Assembly: GCF_006345805.1 (NCBI RefSeq)
Contig: NC_043005.1
Location: 21,142,001 to 21,206,000, forward strand
Direction of reading: 5' to 3'
Source of the DNA: Octopus sinensis
Taxonomy: Eukaryota
Length of the DNA: 64,000 bases
Part shown: positions 54,197 to 64,000 of the stretch, one piece after another
How the letters are laid out: every line of letters starts with the position of its first letter
How positions within the stretch are numbered: the first letter of the stretch is position 1
The notes under the pieces: generated by a model
What the model saw: only the letters and a program-made list of their open reading frames with translations
What the model was told of the DNA's origin: nothing
The model's database searches: none
Translations under genes and position numbers: made by a program

Positions 54197-54242
54197 AACA
54201 CAACATTTCAGCTGATATACCCTCCAGCCTTCTTCAGGTGTC
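54197..54242 (-). ncRNA. Minimal type I hammerhead ribozyme-like motif (H4)
   Basis: gacac-CTGAAGA-a-ggctg-gagggtatat-cagct-GAAA-tg-TT-gtgtt. Confidence 0.5.
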
Positions 54243-54344
54243 TTTGGGAAATGTCAAACCTGGGTTCTCATTCCTAAGGTATTTTTTGATGTTGTTATTA
54301 TTATTATTATTGTTGTTGTTGTTGTTGTCGTTGTTGTTATTGTT

Positions 54345-54420
54345 CAGGTCACTGCTTGGAATTGAACTCGGAATGTTGGGGTTAGTAGCCCATACTCTTA
54401 ACCACTACGCCATATGCCTG
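54345..54420 (-). mobile_element. tRNA-derived SINE head
   Basis: The minus strand reads ggcatatggcgtagtggttaagagt (A box) ... gagttcaattcc (B box). Confidence 0.6.
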
Positions 54421-54515
54421 TGGGCTTTCCAAACAATATTAATAGCGTTCAGTAAATCACTATACATATCAATCATTTTTTGCTAAAATGTCTTATTGAC
54501 GAGTCTCACTTTTTC

Positions 54516-54602
54516 ACTTTCCTGAAGAGAAGATTGTATTGTTTTATACCATTTATTCTTTTGAATAATATCAGTGGAATCTACGAAACATGTGTCGAAA
54601 GT
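54516..54602 (+). ncRNA. Type I hammerhead ribozyme-like motif (H2, copy B), within repeat 54440-54640
   Basis: actttc-CTGAAGA-gaagatt...aatctac-GAAA-catgtg-TC-gaaagt; perfect 6-bp stem I. Confidence 0.58.
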
Positions 54603-54637
54603 AAAAGTATTTGATTTATACCTGCGTTAAACTCCAC

Positions 54638-54704
<67 letters not shown>

Positions 54705-54813
54705 GAGAGAGAGAGAGAGAGAGAGAAATATACATATATATATATACACATACACACAAACATATATATATACACACACACATATATACACATGCACACA
54801 CACTTATATGTAT

Positions 54814-54844
<31 letters not shown>

Positions 54845-55569
54845 AAAGACAAAATAGTGTGAAAAAACTACAGAAGACGTGTTATATGGTTAAAGAATAT
54901 ATTTAAATTGTTATGTTAGGAAAAAGATATAAAATGTCGTGTAAAGTGACATTGTTTTTGAAGAAATATCCGGTTTTGTATTTTCTTTTCAAATTTCTCA
55001 ATTATTTTTTACCTATATTGTGTCATCTCTTCGCTATGAAGTGAAGTATGAGAGTTCCAGCCAGGAGAAGGTAATCAGGGATTTTTTTCGTTATAAGGGA
55101 GATAATCAAAAATGTTGGGAATGACTATGTTTTATTAATTTAATATGATTTTGTTTAGAAAGAATAGAATGTTAGAAATGGTTAAGTTTTTCTTTATATT
55201 CTTTTCCCAAAGAAGTAAGTGTCCTTATTTAAAATTGCTAGAAGTGGTTAAGTTTTGGCTTATATTTTTCAATGAAGTAGGTTTCCTTATTTAATCTTAC
55301 TTGTCTTGGTGTACCAATGGCACATTGATATAATGAAAAAATTACAAATGAATATTTCAGTTATATTTAAAATCTCTTTAATAAGATTTGTTTTAACCTG
55401 AGCCCTAAAAGGAACGATTAACCATATTATATTTTTATCTTTTATATTATTATTATCGATATTATTATTATTATTATGATATTTATTTGTAATATTATTA
55501 TATTTATTTGTAATATTATTATATTTATTTGTAATATTATTAAATTTATTATCTTCATTAATTAAATTA

Positions 55570-56530
55570 AATTTTATCTTATTTTATTTTTTATATTTTT
55601 ATTTTTTATTCCAATATTAAATTTATTATTTACATCATCAAAATACCTATTATTATTAGGATGATAAAAATTTAATAAATAAAATTTATCATAATTCAGA
55701 TAATTAGGTGTATCATTAGTAAAATCATTTATATTATACTCCTTCAAATTATAATTATGTTTACAAGGTATTAAAGAATTTAATATTATATCCTGCCTCA
55801 TGCAGGGCTTTATTGTAATAAGGTGCATGTTTATTAAAAATCTCTAAATCATAAGAAAGTAATGATATTCTTTTACCTACATTATTTTTCAATGATTTTT
55901 TAACAGAAGGTGGATGATACTATAAGTATTAATATATCTGAGATTTTCATTAATTTTATGAAATGGTTGGGTTTTACCCATTATTAAATTAAAATTAACA
56001 TCTAAATAATTAACATTATAGTTCTCATTATAAATAGTAATACTTAAACTATATCTTTTAAAGAAATTATAAAGTTTCTTTTTAGATAATTCTAATTTTC
56101 TATTTGTACAATCCCTAGTAAGTAATAAACGGTCATCCCTATATAGACCACCCTCCAAATTAAAATTTCCTAATTGAAGTTCTGATAATAATAAATACCT
56201 ACTAAATAAGTAGCCTGTGCAGAATCTGGTGCCCCCATAGGTATATCAAAATAGTCTCTAGTATACTTCCTAGCCCATAATTTATTATTATATCTAATTA
56301 ATGATTTCCTAACCATTTTAATAACATTAACTTCATCAGAGGTCATTCCTACATTATTCATTGCATGTATTAGGGCTTTATTAAGTACAATCTCATTAAT
56401 AGAAGAAGAAGAAGTATCTATATCTATTTGAATGAATTTATATTTATTTTTATCTTTACTATTATGAAACCATTTTAAAGTATCATTATTACTATTCCAA
56501 AGTTTAAGGTAATTAAATTCATTCATTTTG
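55570..56530 (-). mobile_element. Penelope-like element reverse transcriptase relic
   Basis: FIQIDID...SI, FDIPMGAPDSAQ..YLVG, GLYRDD, VNYLDVNFNL (ORFs 56170..56526 and 55889..56158): Penelope-type RT motifs. Confidence 0.8.
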
Positions 56531-56569
56531 TTCTATGTCTTCCTGGGCTTACCTCTACCACAGGTTCCC

Positions 56570-57570
56570 CCCACAGTTAGAGATCAGCACTTATCTACAT
56601 GGCTGCCCTTGTCCATATGCATCACATGACCATACCAGTACAGTTGTCTCTCTTGCACACCACATCTGATGCCTCTGATGTCCAACTTTTCTGTCAAGAT
56701 GCTTACACTCTGTCGAACATGCACGCTGACATTGCACATCCAGCGAAGCATAGTAGCTTCATTTCTTTTGACCCTACTCATATCCTAGGCTGTCACAGCC
56801 AATGTTTCACTGCCATGTAGTATAGGTTTTCACATATAGGTATCATATAATCTACCTTTCACTCTGAGAGGGAGGACTTTTGTTGCCAGCAGAGGTAGGA
56901 GCTCCCTGAACTTTGACCGGCCTATTCTTATTCTCAGAGATATGTTCTTGGAGCATCCACCTCTGCTACTAACTTGGTCACTAGATAACAGAAGCTATCT
57001 ACTTACCTACCTGGCAGTTGATGGAGTCTATTTTTTGTACATTTTTGTTGTTTATTGTACCAGTGCATCTTCCATACACAAAAGCTGTTTTCCCTGTTAA
57101 CCTTCCTCTGATATTGCTGCATATCTCATGTGCCCAAAGCTTACACTTTTCTACAGTTTGAGAAGGGCTATCTACCTGAAAGGATTTGTGATTTGTCTGC
57201 CTTCCTACTTACTAAGATTAATACTTTAGTTTTTGCGAGGTTAACTCTAAGGCCCTTTGATTTTAGACCTTGCTTCTATACCTGGAACTTCCTCTCTAAT
57301 TCTGATAGTGATTCAACTATAAGAACAAAGTCATCAGCATAGAGGACCTCCTGGGGGCAGCATGTCTTAAATTCCTGTTATTTACTGGAGGACTATGATG
57401 AACAAGAGGGGGCTGAAGACCAATTCTTGGTGAACCCCTACTTGTACTCTGAATTTTTTGCTGTACTCATTGCCAACCCTCACCTTGCTGGTAATCTCCC
57501 TGTACATGACTTGAACTCATCTATCCCTAGTTTCTGCATTGACCACCAAGTAAGGGACTGGGAGACTCTC
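56570..57570 (-). mobile_element. Degenerate RTE-clade LINE fragment
   Basis: ORF 56584..56781 (MLRWMCNVSVH...GVQERQLYWYGHV); RT C-terminal similarity to 14600-15600. Confidence 0.8.
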
Positions 57571-57599
57571 ATTAAAGAATATTACAGTCAAATAAAGAA

Positions 57600-58660
57600 A
57601 ATTTGAACCTTGAAACTCACTGCATTCAATAAAACAGTGACTCACAATGTGTTTGCAGTGCCAGTACTAATACCAACTTTAGGCTGCTTGATTAGTTGTT
57701 TCATGAGATCTGAGTCATTGATGTGAAAACCTGAAAAATACTAACAAGCACACGTAATTTCTACATAAACAGTGATGTAGACCACATCTACCTAAATTAA
57801 AAACAAGGTGGCAGAGGCTAAACATCAATCCAAAATGCCTTTGAATGTCAGCTCACATGCCATCGGCAACATCTTTTAACTACCAAATGTCAAAGTGCAT
57901 CCCTTGACCAAGTTTGAATTCATGAAACTGATAACATCATGAGACTTGGAAGACAGTTTCTTGAGCAGCAGGACAAAGAAATAAGAACCGACAGTATGGT
58001 AGAAGCCATAGCCACTCATAATAAAAAGGAGTATTGGTGGAATGTCCCAGTGAAAACCTCAATAAAATATAAATACAATAGACCTGATGCAATGATTTGG
58101 GATAATGAACAGAAACTGCGTACAGTTGTTGAAATCAGTTGCCCAGCAGATGTTAACATAAAGCTGAAGATCAGTGAAAAAGAGAATACTTATGCTGAAC
58201 TATTGAGAAATCTGCAGTTACTCTATCCAGATTACAAGTTCAACTTTATACCTGTAATTATTGGGGTACTGGGATGTGTAACACACTACCTAAATACCAA
58301 TATTGAGCAATTAGGCTTCTCAAAACTAGAAAGGGGAAAGCTGATTCAAAGACTACAGATCTAAGCTATCACTGGAACTGTAAAAATATATAAAACTTTC
58401 CAGAAGTTTATCGTTTAAGTATATATGAGCATGTCCAGATATGCAAGTATATGTATGAGATGAGAAGACATACATAAAACAATACATACAAATATATAAA
58501 TCTGCACATACACATATGTACATACAAAAATATGTATAGGTACATACATATATACAAAAAATACCTTGTTGATGTTGAAATTCCGGTGAAGAAGCATTGG
58601 ATCTAGTTTAGAAAGTGGCTCTTTCTCTATTGGCAAGGAATCTTGAAATAAAACTGAAAA
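57600..58660 (+). mobile_element. R4/Dong-like LINE 3' fragment (REL domain) with 3' UTR
   Basis: ORF 57939..58364: NRPDAMIWD...VVEISCP...KENTY..L...IPVIIGVLG (PD..D/ExK-type REL domain). Confidence 0.8.
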
Positions 58661-58811
58661 ATAACATACATACACTCATACATGTATGAATTTATAGCTA
58701 TATGCAAATGTCTTCAATTTGTCCAGTCATTATCTTTTATTTTGAATTTGTCATCATCAGCCTCCTCCTAACATAATAATCCTTGATATCAATTTCTCTT
58801 CTCAATTCCAG

Positions 58812-58982
58812 TTTACAGAAACATTAACTGTGGACCACCAAAAGACATTGGTGGTGCATCAAAGTTCTTCAATACCACTACCTATCAGTCTAAAGTGATC
58901 TATATCTGCCCAAAGGGGGATAAATTAAAAGCAACATGTAATAAAAAAAACAAATGGACTGCTGTAGTGTCTGATTGTAAAG
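58812..58982 (+). CDS. Sushi/CCP-like exon S5 (YRNINCGPPKDIGGASKFFNTTTYQSKVIYICPKGDKLKATCNKKNKWTAVVSDCK)
   Basis: ttctcaattccag acceptor and G|gtaat donor; 171 nt; four Cys plus Trp conserved. Confidence 0.88.
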
Positions 58983-60089
58983 GTAATGTGAATAGGTTCT
59001 TTCTTCTTGTCTCTTTCTAGGTAGTTTTAGTAAATGTGGTTCTCAGTGGAAGAATGGTTGTGTCCATGACAATTTCTGTTATGTTTATGGAAGTAAGGAA
59101 GGAATATATCCTCTAACCAGAGACCCCAACAAAGTTTTGCAACAGCGTGAACTTCATTAAAGCTACCCAAGGGCTAGATAATGGTATTAATATGAATGAT
59201 GGTTTAAGTCCTCCACCAAAGAACAGAAAGTGTGGAAACATTCTTGCCAGTGAGCTTCCAACTAATTTCTGTCCACCAAATTCCATTCTCATGTCCACTA
59301 AATACCATATATTATTGTTAAGTAAAACTTATGACCTGCACAGCTATATCACAACTCATCTTGGTCATTTTTCTCTCATTTCTAACTTGACATCTTTCAA
59401 CCATAAATTGTGACATCATCCAAATGTCTGTACAGTATTATATTCTGAATCCTTGTTTACTAGAACTCAGCAATCCTCTAAAACAGACATCTGTTGCTCT
59501 AGTAATCTTCTAGTAAACCATCATAAATTATCATACAAATAAAAATGATAACTGGCTTATGCACAAAGCCAACAAGTTTTGATGGCAGGTGTTGAGTCAG
59601 TAACATCAACCATTGAATTTAACTGGTATATTATATTACCTATCCTTGCAAGTCTAAAAGGCAAAAGGTGAACTTTGCTTCATTCAAACTGATAATGAAT
59701 GAGCCTGAATACTGTAAAACATTTCTTCTAATTCTCTAATTAATATAGATGTAAACATTGAAAATAAAGATGAGGATGATGAGGGATTCGTCCTGAGTGT
59801 AGAAGGATCTCTGTCTGCCACCAGTTGAAGAACCCCATCATCAAAAATCAACACAAACTCAAAGGACAAATGTCTTCTCCAATTATTGTTCTTTCAGTTA
59901 CAAGTTTTTGATCTGAGGTCCTTATCCACTCTTGCCATCTTTGTTTTGCATTCAATAATTTCTCTTGAGGACAGTTCCTTCCTCTCCATTGTCATCTTCT
60001 TTACAATGAAACTTTAAAGGTACAGAAGTGGGATGGATCAAAGAGGAAAGCCCATGTTATCTGATGTTTCAACCTCATTCACTACACAC

Positions 60090-60600
60090 CCTATTTTGCA
60101 ATAGTTACCTTTCAGAAAGTATTGATGGACTTAACTGACAGCCAGATCTCTATCACCCCAACAGCATCTTTTTGATATGACTCCACAAGTCAGCAATGTG
60201 TGGACATTGGCTGAATACATCTTGGACAAGCCTGTCTAATGGCTGTAGATTTTATCTTGGACCAATGGATTCCTTTGATGGCACTGCCAAACCAAAGTTA
60301 TCTATGGTATTCCCTATCCAAAAGTTCTCCCATACAAATTTAAAAGTTTATTTTTACGAATGTACAGCACAACCCTTTAGAACATTAGTGCTCTCTTTTT
60401 TCACTAAATATTTATAGATTGTTATAGCAAAACATAACAACAACACTGCCCAGCTCAGGTTTGATCCAGCATACTATATTTTCTGAAATCTTTTAGATTA
60501 CCTTAAATACTGTGAAGTACCCATTTTGAAGATTGTTGTTTGTCATTGAGGCAGCTCTTGATATTTCTAACATATTTAGCATCCAAGAGCTTTCACAGTA
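60090..60600 (-). mobile_element. Ancient Tx1/L1-like relic, duplicated copy after S5
   Basis: tgtggacattggctga...catcttggacaagcctgtctaatggc...ttttatcttggacc is homologous to the copies after S1, S2 and S3. Confidence 0.55.
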
Positions 60601-62047
60601 AGTGGTAGTCAGTAAATGTTTAACTTTTATATTGAAAGCTACCAGCCCTGACATAGCTTATCCCCTTTGTTATAGTTTGTTAAGTAGTTCAAACTACTCT
60701 CTGATTTTTTAGGTGTCTATGGCAATGGTGATGGACAGTACTTGATCAATGTTGATATATTTCTTACAATGACAAATACACATATTTATACAAACATTCT
60801 CAGGCTAGCATGGACTATAGTAATCACAGAATTGTTGGAAGAAGAGTGGCCCAAGAATCATGAAATAGCTGTTTCTGCTATCATTAGTTTCTTAAAAGAT
60901 AAAAATTCCACCTATTGTAATAACTTATATTCATTGTTTAGGGACACAACCAAGAATAATTAGAGAAATCAATAAGAGTATGTGATATTCATGTCTTTCT
61001 CAAGGGTACTAACTGTCTATGTAAAGTGAAGTGACTTAGAAGAATCAAAGCCAGATCATTAGCTCACACCACGAAGTACGTATTTATACTAAAAGAATGA
61101 CTTCTTGGAATACACTTCGCAACAGGGAAAGCTTCTGAGTCATTTAAAATTAAAATTAACATTGTATGTGTGATTGGTATTTTCTATTTTATTTACTTCT
61201 AACAATAGAGAGATGAAGAGGGAGAGAAATTTAGTGATTAGGAAGATAGAAACTTCCTTGAGTTTAGGTCTTCATTCTGAGAGTCTTCAAAAGATCTTGT
61301 ATTATTTCCCTTTTTTTTTGAACTCCAATGCTTGTTCACCTTGTTTGATAGTTCCTCATGTAGATACATTTTCTATGCTTCTTATATTAAATTTTGAATG
61401 TCCATGTTTACTACATATATATATATTAATTCACTGGATGATGATGAGCGAATAATTATCTTTGTTTTTCTAGGCAAAACATTGCAAAATCAGCAAAGTG
61501 ATGAGTCTTGTGAACCTCATTTGTTGTATTCTTTTACATTCTAGGTTTAAATCCCATGTACTTGAGTTTTCATTCTTATGTGGTTGATAAAACAAGCACT
61601 AGTCAAATACTGTGGATGATTTAGTTTCATGTATTTTCACTGCAAAATATGTGGCCTTGTGCTTAAGTTAGAAACCATTATCATTAATATTGTTGCTATC
61701 AACAATAGCTATAATTATTTTTGTTGTTAAAGGTGATTATTTGGATGGATAATCAGGTAATACAAGAAAGTATCATAGTCAATTCATCGCCAGCAGAATC
61801 ATTGTAAGCTGCTACAAAAATTCAACAGAATTCTTTGAGCATCAGTGGTATATGTTCTGGCTCTTTAACTTCTGAGTTCAAATCCTGCTGATGTAAACTT
61901 CACTTTTCTAGCAACAATAAAATACTAGTCAACTTTAGAAGCCAATTTTATTTATCAATTCTGACCTCAAAGATTTGGACTACTTTCTATGTTAGAAGTT
62001 GTTGTTGTTGTTATTTTTAATTGGTTTAAATTTTACTTCAATTCTAG

Positions 62048-62287
62048 ATATTCCAGCGAATTTTGTAAAAATAAGTAGCTCGTTTTTGGATGTATCTGGG
62101 AAAAGGTTGTGGAATAAGAAAAATGTAACAGTGGAAGCCTGTGCTGACAAATGTTTGTCTTACAAAAACTGTTTATCATTTGAAGTAACTAAAAAAGGTG
62201 GAAAATGTTACTTACTTCAGGGAAGTGCAGTATCCTCCACAGAAATAAAAACATCAAATACTAGAGATTACTACCAACGAGTAAAAC
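62048..62287 (+). CDS. PAN/Apple-like exon PB3 (IPANFVKISSSFLDV...CADKCLSYKNCLSFEVTKKGGKCYLL...DYYQRVK)
   Basis: attctag acceptor and C|gtaatt donor; 240 nt; within ORF 61999..62337; paralog of PB1 and PB2. Confidence 0.88.
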
Positions 62288-63872
62288 GTAATTATTTTTG
62301 CCTTTTATTATTGGATTCACTTTTCCTCTTTTTCTGAAATTAGTGATTCATTTATACTTCAGAGTATATTGACAAATACTTCTGTAAAAATATTGATAGG
62401 CTTCATTATAAGGTTCAACAACAGGTTCAACATTGATATGTTCCTAAAAAAATAGAAAAGAAATGTTAGGGAGTGTAAATATTGTTAGTGCATTCTCACA
62501 GCATTTGTTCATCTTAAACACCATTATGCATGCTTTCAATTGTTTTTTTTAATGTAAAAAAGTAAAGTGTTATTTTTCTTAAACCTGAGAAATAATAGCA
62601 GCAGTAGTATAGTAGTAGTAGTAGTGGCAGCAGCAGTAGTAGCTTTATATTCATTTGTCTTTGTTGGCTTGACTTGTTACAATATGGCTGCTATTAAGTG
62701 TAATAGGATTAATATGCATCTATACTATAATGGAGAAAGCTGCTTATTAATTTGGTATGTAACAATTACTAAAAGTACTAAAAAACGATTGACTTTCTGG
62801 AAATATCTTTATAAATTCATGTTTTAAGAAATTTCTTGTAATTTCAATTTCTCAAGTTTCTTGAATTTTTTAAACTCCAATTACTCACATATATTCATTG
62901 CATTCACTGCATCCAATTCTTCACAAATTTAAATATTCATTGCATTCACTGCAGTGTATTCCATTTTTATTTGCAAAGTCTCACTTTCTCACTTAATGCT
63001 TTCATTTCAAGTTTTAATTCACTATTTGGAAAACCGCCAGTTTATTCTGTTAATCTATACGTAATGTAAAAACATTTATTAAATGAAAATTTTTTAAAAT
63101 ACCTGTATAATTTATGTAAAAATATTTAAAAGTGATTTTGTTGTTATGGTTGTTTGGAATGCTATAGGCCTTACAATAATAACTATCCAGACTGATTTTG
63201 GCCATTTTCCATTTTAACTTAAAATCAAGGGAGGAGCAGTTTCAGTAAAAGAAAGCAAAACAATAAAAAAAATTGTAAATATTTTCAGAAGAAATGGTGA
63301 AAATTCAAAGGAGGTTTCACAGTTGTTTCTAGCACAACTCAAACAATCTTCCCTTTTCACTCTCACATGTTTTGATATTTTTTCAATATTTTTCTCCCAT
63401 TAAACACATTTCATGGAATGATTATGCTGAAGTAACACACACATAGTCCATTGGTGGAAGAAAAACAACAAAATATATTGTCATCTAAATTTTTATCCCC
63501 GCTGTCACTTTGAAGCCGCAACTTCTTCACTGACAAAACTTTGTGTTGCATCAATTTCGTGAAGTTTTGTTAGTGAACAGGTCAAGGTCTCAATGCGAGA
63601 AAAATATTTTGAAACAAATGAAATTTAAATGTTGAAGTGAAACTAACTGTTTTTGTGTTGTCTTAAATGGCTTACAAACATCTTCCATGCTGCAATTGTT
63701 TCTGTTTCAGCACACGATCTCAGATCAAGTCACTTGCTATGCAAGTATATCTCCGTAATTTTTTAAAAATCACTGTGGATAAATGTCAGCAATGACCTAC
63801 TCAGTCTCTTTGGGGGTAGGGAGTTGGGTTGCAAAAATTTCATAATTTCTTAAATATTTCATTTTTATAGCA

Positions 63873-64000
63873 TACTAGCAGAGTTACCCGGCGTTACCCG
63901 AGTTACATGCAATTGAAGAATTAGACTTTTCTGTTATATTTTCTGTAATGAACTGGAATACCTTTGTTTCGAATTTCATCAAAATTGCAGATGAGGGTGA
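63873..64000 (+). mobile_element. Possible 5' end of a non-autonomous Helitron-like repeat
   Basis: tactagcagagttacccggcgttacccgag resembles the ACTAG...CCCGGCGTT.CCCG 5' terminus of non-autonomous Helitrons; the rest lies outside the window. Confidence 0.4.

Overview
AT-rich eukaryotic DNA, dense in microsatellites and transposons. The repeat set (RTE, Tx1/L1-like and R4/Dong-like LINEs, Penelope-like elements, mariner, tRNA-derived SINEs, (TA)n/(GAT)n/(AAT)n tracts) suggests a cephalopod, probably octopus; this is inferred, not verified. The only host gene visible is the internal part of one + strand multi-exon gene. Ten exons were recovered by hand: five 171-nt Sushi/CCP-like exons and five 231-240-nt PAN/Apple-like exons of two subtypes. 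Their order is S1-S2-PB1-PA1-S3-PB2-PA2-S4-S5-PB3. All have AG/GT boundaries and phase 1-1, and they splice into a stop-free 2037-nt (679-codon) ORF with no start or stop exon in the window. Paralogous exons keep their Cys frameworks but differ strongly in amino acids, with few synonymous changes in the one pair scored. Flanking introns are visibly homologous, which points to tandem exon duplication followed by diversification. The introns also hold hammerhead-ribozyme-like motifs in Penelope-type tails, long inverted repeat pairs and a 62-unit (CTT)n tract. Exon coordinates are exact. Transposon boundaries are approximate, and all identities are hand counts.
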